A stretch of DNA of 64,000 nucleotides from assembly GCA_010093815.1 (NCBI GenBank), contig ML996571.1. The stretch is one strand, 5' to 3'. The notes below the pieces were generated by a model. It searched no databases and was not told the DNA's origin. It saw only the letters and a list, made by a program, of their open reading frames with translations. Positions 23,383 through 37,242 of the stretch are shown here, piece by piece. Position numbers and translations under genes: made by a program. Every line of letters begins with the position of its first letter. Within the stretch, counting starts at the first letter, position 1. This DNA is from Pseudovirgaria hyperparasitica. Taxonomy: Eukaryota.

Positions 23383-26300
23383 ATGTCGCGAAAGAACGAG
23401 CACGTTCGCCCAGGCGAGACACTCCAGGTCATTCGTACGCACAGCCCCCCCTTTATGTGTTGCATACAAGCGAAATACTGACCCTCGAAACCTAGACGCT
23501 TTTGTTGCGAGAAGCCCGGACGAGCTGAGCCTTAGCCGCGGTGACCGTGTTGAGCTTATCGAAAAGGATGATGACTTTGGAGATGGGTGGTATCTTGGCA
23601 AACACCTACAAAATGGCAAAACTGGTCTCTTTCCAGAAGGTTGGTGGCTCTTCGGTGCAAGTATCAAAGAGAAGTAGTCGACTAACCGCGTCGAATAGTG
23701 TACACGCAACCTGCGCCGAAGCCCACATTGAGTTCGCGCCCTGCCCCTAAGACGCCCATCTCGGAGCCCGTCACTCCAGCTCTGCCCTCACAGGCTACTA
23801 AAATTGACAGCGTCAGAACTGGAGATTACTCGATGAATGATAGCAATAATATCCAAGAGGAGAACGATGTGCCTACAAATACTGCAGCATCGTCTAGTAC
23901 TCTATCGACTCCAGCCCCGCTTCAAACATCGGCGCCCAATGGCTCAAATAGCAGGTCTAACGTAGGACCGGCAGTGCAAAGAAGCATTGGCATGGCTCTC
24001 AGTGGGGACGTCGGGAGCCCCGTCATGAACGAAACCTTGAGTGTCATAGACGAGCATATTACAGACTTGAATACTCCCAGGCAAAGTGTGGCTGGCCATG
24101 ACAGGCGGGCTGCTAACAACGACTCTGGGAGCGAATACAGCAGTCATCTAGACCAGAGGATATCATATATCCACGGCGAAGAGACGGATGAAGAGGAGTC
24201 TACGTTCCACACCGAAACAGAGGTCTTGACATGGGATCCACAACGGGTGGCCGAATACCTTGAAGATGCTGGTGTCGCCAAAAAACACTGTGATGTGTTC
24301 AGGGAACAAGAAATCAATGGTGAAGCCTTATTAGGCATGGATCAGCCCACTATATTTCTCAAAGAGTTTGATCTTGGCCCTGTTGGTCCGCGGTTGCGAA
24401 CGTGGATGAAGATCAAGGCTTTGCAGCAGGAAGTGAAGAGCGCTGGCACGGTATCCCGAGGTCCGAGTCAGTACATGACAGATGATACGTCAAGCAACAG
24501 AAGTGCTTCCATGGGTGCGGTGTTGCCACGAATCCCGAGTCTGGGACAGGTACCTGGTTCACACACACCAACTCGACAAACGACAAGGTCCAGTCTTCCG
24601 ACCTCGTCAAGGCATAACAATACACAATCTTCCGCCTCGGGAGTAAACACTCGTGAGTCTACACCCCCCTTAGCCCCTGCAGGCTCGGGACACGCGCACA
24701 GACCGTCGGCAGCCTCTGTCCGGAGTCTAAACCACAATCGAAGACACTCTGCTATTGAAAGCGCTCCATCTCCTCTCCTTGACGACACTGAAGGCATCGA
24801 GGCTCTTGGTGCCGCCCGGTCTTCGCATAGGAAAGAGCCCTCGTTCGATCGTGACTGGACTATGGGAGGTGGGCCTAAATCTGCAGAGTCCATTCGACCA
24901 GCAAGCTCTATATTTCACTCTCACTCACAAAGTGCTGCGAGTGCCAACATCACTGGAGCCGCCCCTGTAGAGCAAAATCGATCAAACTCAAACTTGTCAG
25001 TTGCCGAAGTAGACCGAGGATACTTCTCTGGAAACGAGCTGGACAATCGGAAGTCAATGCGAAACGTTTTACGCAAACGCGACAACCCATCCCACTCCCG
25101 GCAAACGAGCTACAGAAGTGAATCATCGAAGAGGGTCACCGACTACGTTGACCATAGGCATAGCAGAGTAGCAAGCGCCGACTCACCTGCGTCAAGTATG
25201 TCAGCTGCAGCCTTAGCATACTATGGACAGTCTCACCGCAATTCCGGCAACAAGCGCAATAACACGGTCCCATTACTTGAAACTGCCAAACCGTTGACCA
25301 CAAAAGATTCGCCCACAGTAACGAAACTGGACTACAGTGGGAACCATAGCATTGACGCAGTTGCAAACTCACCTAAGGATTCTTCATCAATGGGACGCGC
25401 TTCGCCTTCTCCGGCGACGTCTAGTTCATTTTTCAAGAAGAAGCGGATAGTTGGGCTGCGAGCGATTTCAGACGCTATTACAGGGGGTGAAAAGGCTTCC
25501 TATGCACCCTCGACTGATTCTACTCTGGTGGCTTCATCGCCTATCAAGGATTCACCGTTGCAATCACCGACCCGAACTGGATCCACGACACCAACGACCA
25601 CAACGAAGAGCTTTGACATGAGTGATCCAGAGAAAGCTAAGAGGACTACCACAGGATCAAGCAGCAGCGCACCATCTTTTGCGGCCAAGCGTCGGAATAA
25701 GAAAATCACCAGTGCTTATACTCGTGGTCTCGAACAGAAGAGCCCAACGGAGCAGATGGAAGGATGTGATTATTCCGGCTGGATGAAGAAGAAGTCTTCT
25801 TCTATGATGACGACCTGGAAGCCAAGATTGTTCGTCTTACGCGGTCGCCGCCTTTCATACTATTACAGCGAATTTGACACGGAAGAGAAAGGCCTTATTG
25901 ATATCTCTTCTCACCGTGTTCTACCTGCCAATGAAGAGAAACTCACCGGTATTCATGCCACTGTCACGAGAGCTATGGCCTCGCCGTCGTCGCCTAACAA
26001 CGCAACCATCACTACCTCGGCCCAAGCTGATGCTGCCAAAGCTGTCGCAATTGTAGATGATAATCCTGGAGCATTCATCTTCAAGCTCGTTCCACCCCGT
26101 AATGGTATGTCTCGTGGTGTCAACTTTACCAAGCCTACGGTGCATTACTTCGCAGTCGACAATATCGTACAAGGCCGGCTGTGGATGGCTGCGTTGATGA
26201 AAGCCACCATTGACAAGGACCCCGAGGCACAGGTGTTGAGCACGTACAAAGACAAAACAATCTCGCTGGCGAAAGCCATGAAGCGCAGAGAGCGTCCGCC

Positions 26301-26592
26301 TGCCTTGATGGGAAGCGATGACGAGTCCGACGCCGGGACGGAAGTCGACGTCAAGCCAGTCGATAAGGGCCTAGCTATCATCGGTCTGGTATCAGAGAAG
26401 GCCGACTCAGGCGTCGGGGACGACAAAAGTCTGCCTAAGGTTAGCTCTGAGATGGGAGCCTCTGCAGAGCTTGTAGCGACGCCACTTGAGGAGGCACCAC
26501 CGCCGCCAATTAAGGACGAGCAGCATGCTGAAAAGGCGGAAGCCGCTGTCGAGGAGCACCACAGGTTGAGCATAGCACAAGCCCCTGAGTGA
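23383..26592 (+). CDS. BOI1: Polarity scaffold Boi1/Boi2/Pob1 (SH3-SAM-PH), 3 exons
   Basis: SH3 (FVARSPDELSL...DGWYLG...GLFPE|VYT), SAM (WDPQRVAEYL...FREQEINGEALL) and PH (YSGWMKKK...WKPRLFVLRGRRLSYY...WMAALMKATI). Confidence 0.9.
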
Positions 26593-26989
26593 TCTCAGTG
26601 CTGTATCAATGGATCTCCCTAATTCTTGCGACGTGCCTTCCGATACAGCCTTGATACCACAGTCTGTTTGCACCAATGGCAAAGCTTATACGGTATTCCC
26701 CCTTCCTTACTCATGTGTTCGTTGGGTTAGCTTCAGTCAAGCGCACTCCTTCTTTGATGATACCTTAACATGTTTTACCCCTTATATCTTGATAACGACT
26801 TAATACAATGTACGCATGACTTATGATGCTTGGAGAAACTGGAAGATTGTGGACATGGAGGTCAAATCGTTCTTCGAGGTGGTTTGGTTATGGTATTGAC
26901 GCTGTGCCAGACGCACATAAATAGTATATAGCTAGCTGATGAGCTTACACTTATCTTCAATTGGCACAAGAAATTGACTAGAATACCCC

Positions 26990-28732
26990 CTACTTCAGGG
27001 CCTTCAAAACCGCCCCTGTCATCTCCAACACTTTCTCCTCCTCCAACCTCCTCCCAACAAGCTGCAAACTCACCGGCAAGCCATGCACAAGGCCGGCTTC
27101 ATAAGTCTCCCGCACCTTCCCATCCTCCTCCCCCAGAACACCCACTTCGGGGCCATATTCCGCATCCAACTCTTTATCCGCTGTCACACCCGTGGGGAAA
27201 CTCGTCGCCGCATAATCAACAACATTGAACACGCCAGTATATCCCACATGCCTCCACATTCCATTCCGCACACTCGCATATGGCGTCGTCGGCGCCAGGA
27301 TGCAGTCTATTCCGCTCTCATTCCACTGGTCCAAGTATTTCTTCATGAGGGTCGTGCGCTCCGCCTGCAGAGCCCACATATCGGCTACACTAATCGTCGG
27401 CGCAAGCTCGTATGCGCTCATCTCGGGCCGCCAGGGCTCAGATGTGCGGGAGAGGATGGATCGCACAGTAGAGCCGCCGTCGGCAATGAAGAATTTGCCT
27501 AGTGTGGAGAGCAAAGGGCTGTGTAATGCAGGATTCCAGTCGACGATCTGGTGCCCAGCTTTCCGCAATTTCTCGACTGTGGTCTTTAAAGCACGTTGTA
27601 CGGGTGGTGTGGGTGTGATGATGCCGTCGTGCCAGAGGACGCCGATCTTGAGTGTCGTGGGAAGCGTGACCGAGCGCCAGGGAATGGGCAGCATTTTGGG
27701 GTCGGACAGCCAGGGGGATGCGGAGACGACCGTGCGGGCAAAAAGTGCAAGGTCGGATAGGGACCGCGACATGGGGCCGTTGACGCTGTTAACGGCTTCT
27801 TGGCCGGTGAGACCGGAGCGGCATTTGAGTGTCGGGAAGCGACCAAAGGAGGGGCGGAGGGTGTATATGCCGGTACAGGCGGCAGGAATACGAAGGGAGC
27901 CGCCTGTGCTTGTGAATCAGTATAGGTTTAGAGATGACGTGTGCTTTGGTTTGAATCAAAACTGAGGGTCAGAGGTATAGATTGAGAATCTACATGCTCG
28001 ACAAAGGAGAGAGAGAAGAGAGGGCCTTTTGTTAGTAATACACGTACCGATATCGGTTCCAACACCCAGAACGCTACCACCGAAAGCAATAAGAGCACTC
28101 TCACCCCCTGAAGAACCACCTGATGTGCAGTTGCGATTGAGCGGATTCACAGTCCGGCCAAAAACGTTATTCACCGATTCGGCAATCATCATAGCAGTAG
28201 GAACATTTGTCTTCACGTAGAACACGGCGCCTGCGTCACGGAGTAGCTCCACCAGAACACTATCGTATGTCGCCGGGTCGTTTGCAAACGTAGCAAATCC
28301 AACAGTACTGTCCTTACCGACTAGGTTGAAGTTGTCCTTAAGAGAGATTGGAAGGCCATGAAGAGGACCGATTGGTTTACCCGTTTCTCTGAATGTCTCA
28401 TCCAAGCTCTTTGCTCGTGCAATTGCTTCCTCGAAAAAAACTTCTGAAAGGCAGTTTGTCAACTGATGGGCAGCAGCAGCACGTTTGCAGATCGCTCGTG
28501 TTATTTCTTCTGATGTCCATTCTTGCGTCAGTAGCTTTTGAAGAAGTGATTCCGCAGTGAGACTTGTGATCTCCAGTTCACGTGCAGTGAACAGACCAGA
28601 ATCGGAGGCGAAGCTTGATACATCGAGGATCGATTCGGATGGTAATTTGGACGCTGGGATATGCCACTCAGCAGGGATAGAAGCCAAAACTGCTTGCCGC
28701 TTGGCCGCTCCAATAGCTTCCCAAGTTGCCAT
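26990..28732 (-). CDS. Amidase-signature family general amidase/acetamidase, 2 exons
   Basis: GPLHGLPISLKD (catalytic Lys), GGSSGGE, and GTDIG|GSLRIPAA joined across an intron at ~27905-28046. Confidence 0.92.
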
Positions 28733-29256
28733 ATCGTATCTACTAATGTCGTCTTCCAAGCTTTCGTTATAATGATAATGCTTACAGAATAGCCAAGGTG
28801 TCTTGACGATTCCGTATGCACAAGAGGAGGATAATCCGAGTCCCATAGATTCCGGATGTTAAATACCGAAGTACCGATATCGTAGCGCGGCGATCCATGT
28901 CAAATGCCGACGCAAAGGGAAAGCCGGCCCGTCGAATGACTCGTAAACAACCATCGATGGATCCATCTAGCGTGTTATCCCTCGTGGCCCTCTCATCTTC
29001 AGCATTACCAACACCAGCCTATCTCCAGGATCCCTTGAGCCCTCTTGAAGATATCTGCGACGTCGCGTCAACAGCCCAATCGAAACTGTTCTGGTTGCCG
29101 ATCTAGCGCTCGGCCGAGGAATTGTGTATCGGGAACGCTGATAGCAGCATTCTTGCTATCGCATCCTCGTGAAACCACCGGATTGCAATACTTCAAATGC
29201 ATCAGTGGATCTCCTGTTCTTCTTAGATTTTCTGATCTGTCCCGTTCTATGCAATC

Positions 29257-30807
29257 ATGATGCGTCGCAGCTTCAAAGAATATCTAAAGCCCTCTCAGGC
29301 AACGAAGGAGGAGAGGAAGTTGGTGCAGAAGCTTGATTGGTTTATCTTGAGTTTCTGCTGTTTGATGTACTTCATGAACTACGCAAGTTTGCACTCAAGC
29401 TGTAAACGACTTTTGCTGATGATTAGTGTTAGCTGGATCGATCCAATTTAAGCAATGCGTATGTTTCTGGAATGAAGGAGGACCTCAGTTTTGAAGGCAA
29501 CCAATTGAACCAGATCACGACTGTCTTTACGGTCGGGTAAGTGCCTGAAGTCGTCGTATCTACCCAAATCCCACTCATAAATCCTCAGATATATTATTGG
29601 CCAGCTACCATCAAATCTTGCGCTCCATTATATTAAGCCGCGCATCTTCTTTCCCATCATGATGGTCATCTGGGGTGGCCTGACTATGGTGAGCGCCGCT
29701 GCCAGAAGACCGCAAGACTTGATGGCAATCCGTTTCTTCATTGGACTTGCAGAGAGTTCCACCTTCGTTGGAACGCACTACGTCCTCGGATCCTGGTATA
29801 CGGCTCAGGAGCTTGGCAAGCGCAGTGGTATCTTCACCGCCTCTGGTCTTGCTGGGACCATGTTCGGCGGTTTCATTCAGACAGGAATCCACTCGAGTCT
29901 CAATGGCTCCCATGGACTTGCAGGTTGGAGGTGGTTGTTCATAATCGATGGTATCATCACGCTGCCCATCGCCTTATATGGCTTCCTGCTCTTTCCGAAC
30001 ACGCCCTCGACTTGTAATGCTCCATACCTTTCCGCCAGTGAAAGAGCACTTGCTATATCACGGGTTCCGGAGGTACCAGAACGATCGCCAATCCGATGGA
30101 GCTTCCTGAAGAAAGTTCTCACCAGCTATTACTGGTACGGATTCGTCGTTCTCTGGATCATCGCCGGCGAGACCGAATCATTCAGCAGTAATACCTTACT
30201 AGCGCTGTACATGAAGTCGTCACCAACGCGCAAGTACACCGTTGCTCAGCTTAACAATTATCCGACCGGTGTACCGGCCGTCGGTATTGTCAGCACTCTG
30301 TTCTTTGCTACACTGACTGATTACTTTGGAGGGAAGCGCTACATCGTTGGCTACTTTATCTTCTTTACTGGCATTACTACAGCAGCTCTTATACTGGCGT
30401 ATCCATATTCAACTTCAATTATCTTTGGGGCATACTACTGGGCAGGAACTGTGTATGCCTGCCAGGCAACGTTCTTTGCGTGGGCCAATGATGTAATGCG
30501 CTATGAAGAGGATATGCTCCGTGCTGTGGTCATTGCCAGTATGAACATGGGAAGCAATGCCATGAACGCGTGGTGGAGCATCGTCTTTTACGGCGCGCAG
30601 TATGCTCCTTTCTTCCGAATGGGCATGTGGGCCATGATAGCGACGAGCATCGCACTGGGTGTCTGGACAACAGTGCTACTGTGGTTTGCCACCAAAGAGG
30701 AGAAGAAGAGAGTCGCAGACGGTGTGGTATCGTCAGACAAGAATAACAAGTTACGAATAACGATATCGGACCCGGAGAAAGAGGTGGACGTTGACGCAAA
30801 GTCGTAA
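29257..30807 (+). CDS. MFS transporter of the allantoate/pantothenate (Liz1/Fen2/Seo1-like, ACS) family, 3 exons
   Basis: [14 protein letters not shown]...[32 protein letters not shown] and [16 protein letters not shown]. Confidence 0.9.
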
Positions 30808-31240
30808 GGTGATTATGTCTCAAGATATGCTCAACATTAATGAAGTTGGGAAGTCACGTCCATAGCTCTCAGCTTTAGACATCACAACCACCTACGTATG
30901 TTCTTCGCCATCGAACTCATAAGCTTCCCTAAATCACACATTCATATCCCCTGACCCTGGACCTGTTGCACGACTTTGTCGACCTCCTCCTATTAGAGTC
31001 ACGCTCTTGTCTGAACGTTTGCACAGGTCCGACTCTACAAACCAACATCGAACCTTTCAAGCTCTCTTGCTATTCCCTAACGAATTGATAACAATCATTT
31101 GCCTGAATTACAGACTACTTATGTCTGCATCCGCCTATCCATAATCTACTCAAAGCTCATCGTCGCGGCGCAGTTAGACTCTGTGTCAATCTGGACCTCT
31201 CCAAAGTCTGGCTCAGCCTAATAGGCGTGTAGATCGACAT

Positions 31241-34200
31241 ATGTCGACGGAATACAATTCATCCAATGCCGACTATGAACCGCTACGAGAGACACAGAGC
31301 CACCGCCAACGTGTCTCGAGCCACCTCAACCGAAACATTCGGCACAATGTGGAGAAGGATCGTGGAGTGGATACCAGCTGGAGGAAAAGAGTAAGCGCTA
31401 TGAATCAGCCTGTGCCCCAGAGAAACAGCTCTATGATCAATGGGCCAACCAAGAAGAGTAGGGCAACGTGGCTAGACGGTCGCACTTCGTCGCCTGACCA
31501 ACTGCCACCAAGTCGAACCGCCGCACGATATGTCTCTGATGTCTCAACCAACTCGAGTAGCAATGTTATGGTCGCATACGAGCCCGCGGACAGGAGTCGC
31601 TTGATACATCAGATGCCGGCCCAAAGGCCTACCACAGCGTCCATGTCACGCACAAATCCAGCATCTATTAAGCGCACGCCGCAAAAGATTGTGCACCCGC
31701 CTTTACGCACACCATTGGGAACCAGAGACCAAAAGAAAAATCCAAATGCGGGCCGCAAGCCTTCTAAGGTCCAGCATCCCCGTGATACTCACGTTGATCA
31801 ACACAGGGCTTCCTCTGTATACAGCAATGACTTATCTCCGGCACCCACAGTCATTATCGCACCACATCCACCGTGCGATAGACAACCACAAAATTCACCA
31901 CCCCCAAGAGATGATCAAAGTAATCTGAGCAGTCCACCTTCTTGGAAGTCAGCTCCAGATGCTCTAGATGCTCCAGATGCTCTATCGTTGCCCTCGGTGC
32001 CAGATCCATACCAAGCTAACTTACCAAAATCCCCAGGAGGACGTTTTCATGAAGCTATAAATGATCGTGGAGATTTGATTAGAGAAGCAATGGATATGGC
32101 CGAGAGTGCAATCCGATCTGATCGACCCGAGGAGGTCGAAAGTCTCCTCAATCAAGCGATTGAAGAAGTCCGGCACGAAGAGCGGCGGCCATCTCGAACA
32201 GGTCTACCCACGAGACAACCCACTCGTGGTGATCGCATGTACGATCCGGAGACTGGCTATGGCTCGAACGGCTCAAGCAGCTCAAGCATGTCGTTTCATG
32301 CGGAGATAAATGAAAGTAAGTAGTCACTAATTTTTGTCAAACAACGAATTGATTCCGGGCAGATCACCATGGTGACAATGACATAGAGCTCCAGCCCCTG
32401 GTCCGAGGTCAACCACAAGGAGAGGGCTCGCCTCAAACTCCAAGGACCCGGAGACAGTGTAGCAAACCTGTAGCAGTGGACTGGGCAGACCTTCTTGGAA
32501 ATAACAGACGTTCGTCAGAGTCAGCGATCAAGTCATTCTTGACCAGGAGTGGAACCAAGCCACCCAGTTCCCCTGGTGCGATCCGAAAACCTTCACACGA
32601 CCAATTCGGCCACCTTATCCGTTCTTCGACGCAAATACAACCAACGACTCAGTCCAACCAGAATACAGGCTTTACTGAAGCGAGCATCCCGAGCTTGCGC
32701 CATCCTCATCGACGCCATATCAGCTTCCGCAAAACGGGCGGATCCAGCTTCTACAGACAGAGTACAAAGGACCCTCTTGCTCGGAATTGGAGTGGCTCGA
32801 AGAAGAGACTTACTGCAGCTGTAGCTTGTGTGAATACAGGCCTAATGGGCCTAATTATAGGCCTTTATGTCAGCTACTGATTGTCTTAAGGGTGACCCTG
32901 AGCTAACAATCTTTAGGCTGGCGAAGTCCCTAGGATCCAATATCAGCTTGCTGATGAGCAGCATGTTGTTATATTAGGTAATATGTAGTGAGTAGACTCC
33001 TTTAGGGCTGCACATTCTGAGCCTACTACCAAGTTTTCGACTGACTTTGGTGCCTGGAAGCTTTTATCTAGGTCTCGCAATTACTACTTTCATCGCTTGG
33101 CCATTGCCACTTCTTCATGGGCGCAAAATATATACTCTCATCGCAATCGCTGTAGCCATGCCGCTTCAATTCCCTCAGGCAATAATAACAAGTCAGCCAC
33201 GTTCGCCGCTGACAATATATCGATTCGGTGTCATGTTCCCTCGTATATTGACAGGTCTTGCTATGGGGCTTGCAAACATCAATCAGGTCACCACCTTAAT
33301 GGACTTGTTTGGTGCATCGCTTCAAAGTAAATCACCGCATCAAGAGATAGCTTTCACAAATGATGTCCGTCGACACGGAGGCGGTCTAGGGCTGTGGCTT
33401 GGTATATGGTGCTGCTGCTTCACCGCATCTATAGCCATTGGATTTATGACAGGTGCAGGACTCATTGCGCACGACCTTAACCCTTCTTGGAGCTTCACTA
33501 TAACTATCATGATGCTGGCGTTCGTTCTACTGCTCAATTTATTGACACCTGAAACGCGAAAGTCCCGGTGGCGGCACTCTTACGCCGAGTTCGTAGACGA
33601 GAAAGATCAGCTCCATCGACGAGTGGCACGCGGAGAAGTGAAATTGCATATTTCGACAGAAGGACCGAAGTACTGGTACGAGGAGACTCTAGCAGGCCTC
33701 ACTCTGAACCTGCGGATGATCAAGCAGCCAGGATTCCTGGTCATGGCCTTCTACCTGGGATGGATGTACGCTCAAATTGTTCTAGTCATGGTGGTGAGTT
33801 GTCTCCATTCTCGTAAGATGAGTCTGAGAGACTGATTTCTGGATAGCTTCTCGGAGCCCTGTTGTCTAGAGATTACCAATGGCGTGCAGATAAAGTCGGG
33901 GCTGGGGTATTCAGCTTAGCTATCGGCGCCCTTCTTGCCATACCTCTAGCAAGAGCAGGGAAGTTCTCTCGCGCTCGTAAACGAGGCCCGCGAACAGACA
34001 GTATGACTATTGCCGCCAAAGTGACATGGACTTCGCACATGGTCCGGCGCATCATTTTCATGACCACCCTTCCACTGACAGGTATCGCATACACATTGGC
34101 GTCTGGCGGGAGCCACATAAGCTGGACTGTTCCCGTAATCTTCGCAGGTGCGATAGGCTTCCTCTCCAACCTCGCCATTGCCGAATGTTACGGCATGATC

Positions 34201-34680
34201 ATGGAGACCTTTGACACCAGCGACCTCCAACCAGGCATCAACAGCCGTCATCGCCTACAGAGTCTCGCCGCAGACGTCAAGCAGCGCCGCACAAACTACT
34301 CGTCTTTTCCACGCGTCACTGCCGGCATCTTTGTCTCACAATCGATAGGCTTTCTCTTTGCCGCCGTCGCTACCGCCGTAGGAGGAGTTATGACTCGTCG
34401 TTGGGGTGCGCAAATATCAACTGGAATCACAGCAGGAATTCTCTTCATCCTTACGGTCTTATTGATGTTGGTCTTGACAAGATTCAGAGAGGTTCAGGTG
34501 GTTCCAAATAGCGCTTTTCATACTTGGCGGCAGAGCTTTGCTGCAGGGATGACGGATGCGGATTGGAAGCCGGTGGTGCTGGGGAATCCGAGTGGTAAGA
34601 TGAGACGGATTAGTGTCTTGGAAATGGGAGTATTGTCAAGGTGGAGTGAGATCCGGAGATTGAATAAGTTGATGGAATGA
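31241..34680 (+). CDS. MFS-fold transporter-like protein with long disordered N-terminus (~5 exons)
   Basis: ARNWSGSKKRLTAAVACVNT, WPLPLLHGRKIY and many hydrophobic helices. ORF pieces can be joined by GT-AG introns. The N-terminal model is less certain. Confidence 0.75.
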
Positions 34681-34833
34681 TACAACAAAGGCATTGCTAT
34701 CGACAGAACGCGAATGATGACCTCCCATATACCTTGGGCTGTGGACGACTTTAGAAGCCAAAGTTTTGGCATATGTTTTACATCCTCTCTTACTCTAGTC
34801 TATCTACCGCTGAAACCGTCTCAATGTACTTCC

Positions 34834-36631
34834 TTAGCCCTCCTCTTCCTGTGCCGTCGCTTCGTCCGCCTTGTCCCCATTTCTACCCCACGCAATCCTT
34901 GGCAACACCCTCACACTCGCTGAGTATGCCAACGTCAAACCGACCAAAACAAGCCATATGAGATAACCGCCCAAGATATGCCTCTCGATGCCCGCCGCAA
35001 ATATCACCGTACTCACCGCAGGCGTAAAACTGCGAATGCCCGCAACCAGCGCCATGGCAAGCGCATTCAACGACCCCAAACTCTCCGGCTCAGGCACCAC
35101 GTCATTGAGCGCCAACTGCACCGCCGTAAACCCCATACTAACACCCGACGTCAGCACTGTGATAGCAGGCGCAAGCACCCAGAACGCCACATTCGCGGCA
35201 TGCGTCCCGCGCGCAAGCAGCACGTTGGCCAGCGGATACAGTGCCATGCTGATCGGCCAGACCACGGCGACACAGCGCATGATGCCGATGGTGCCGATGC
35301 GTGCGTGCAGGGGCGGGAAGACGAGGAGCATGTATGCCGACTGGGCGAAGCCGCCCAGGGTCATGAAGATGCTGATTTGTGGCGGCGTGAGAGCGCAGCC
35401 GCCGGTTGCGGTTGGGGTGAAGAAGAAGACGGGGACGACGGCGGTGTAGGCGAATGCGATTAGGCTGGTTAGGGTGTAGAGCCATAGGACGCGGGTTATG
35501 TTTGGTTGGCGGGCGAGGGCGAGGATGGAGGTTGGTTTGTTGGGGGTTGTTGGGGTGGTGGATCGGGTGTGCGAGGGGAGCGTCTGGGGTGTGAGGTTAG
35601 CGGAAAAATGCGTGGTGGGAGGGGGAGAGGGATGTGTATGTATGTGTGTGTGTACCTCTTTTATGGTTATGGCGGATAGTACGAATGCGCTGATGCCGAT
35701 GGCGCTGGTGATGAATGTGGGCAGTGCATAGGGGTATTCCTCGAAGAACCAGACGCCTCCGAAGATGGGCCTGAGGTTTTTGGCCGGCTCGGCGAAGACG
35801 CCGCCGACGATGGGACCGACCATGATTCCGACATTGGAGGCGAATGCGAACCAGCTAAATGCTGTTGCCTGTGTTTTCTGTGTGCTGTTCTCGGAGATCA
35901 TCGTTCGGACGGTACTGGTGATCTGTTAGCAAAACATGTGTTTTCTTTTGTGTTAGGGGGCTTGGTGTGTGTACGTACATGATCACACCGCCGAACATGC
36001 CCGCCATACATCGGAACAAGATCATCTGCCACAGCGTCTTGCTTAGTCCGAACAAGCCCATGCCTGTGCTCATTCCAAAGAGCGAGAACAGGAGTACCGG
36101 CTTGCGGCCGAAGTAGTCTGCTGCTCGGCCCCATCCTATCATGAGACACATCTGCGTGAGCGAGAAGAGGGACTCCTGTTATAGTGTTAGAGCTGACTGG
36201 CCTATTCCTGAATATCTTCTTCCAGGGAAAGAATGGAGTCTCCTCACAATCAACCCACTATAAAAACCCACCCCACTCGGCTCCACCTCTCCCGTATTCG
36301 CGATCATCTGTGGCAGATACGGGAAGATACAGAAAAACGAGAGTGGCTCGACAAATCGTGCGTAGCATAACAGTAAGATCTGAAACTTCGGCAATGGCTT
36401 GTCGATGTCGTCGCTCGCAGCACCCTCGGAGCTCCTGCCAGGTTGATCGACTGGCTTTCCAGCGCCATTAGCAGCTGAGAACGTCCCATTACCAGTGTGC
36501 TTCTTCGGATGTCCATTCGATGCGGCTAGGAGTGCCTGCTCGCCTTCCCTTGATGATGCAGTGATGGGCACTTCTTCGATCGCGGCGAGGAGCGGTGTGA
36601 CTTCGTCGTGAGATGGATCCTTGCGCGCCAT
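34834..36631 (-). CDS. MFS transporter (DHA1-like, YCR023C/ZIFL type), ~4 exons
   Basis: PLPKFQILLLCYARFVEPLSFFCIFPY, GFYSGLI|ESLF, MFS motif A WGRAADYFGRKPVLL, GPIVGG..AEP and YPYALP. Confidence 0.88.
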
Positions 36632-37242
36632 CGTTCAAGGAAAACGATGAGTCTCGCAGATCTGATTATGTGGTTTTACTCCAATGCTCCGAATGTTGTC
36701 TAGAAGTACGCCAATTACGTCCCGTATGATGCAGCGCTCACAACTGATAGCTAGCAACAAACCGGAACGATAGCGATCAGTTAGGTGATTCCAGGACAGC
36801 CATGAGTCTGTATATACACTGTGAAATTATGGTTGCCTGCGGTTCTTGCAGGATGATGTCGAAAAGAAGACGCGGGACGTTGGGATTTGATCCTGACGGG
36901 ACTAGCGAGATGACATTCACGCGCTACGTAATACATGGCTGCCTGTTTGGGCTTAGTTGGGTGGATACATTAGTCGCTCTGGTGGAAAGGTCTTTTGCGA
37001 CCTCAGAAATTTGATAATATAAGTGTAAATACAGTAGATGGTGGAATGTCTTGTAATGAGGATAAAATATGCGGAAGTAATGCAGGGACGCTTTGTGGTT
37101 GTGACAACCTCGGCTTCGTCAGTCTTACATCGGATTATCTACAACATATAAATAATTGGTCTCATCCAAACATTCTTAGTGCTATCTTTGAACACAAAAC
37201 TGACCTCCATAAATTAAATTTCCTACCCCATTGTACTTATGC

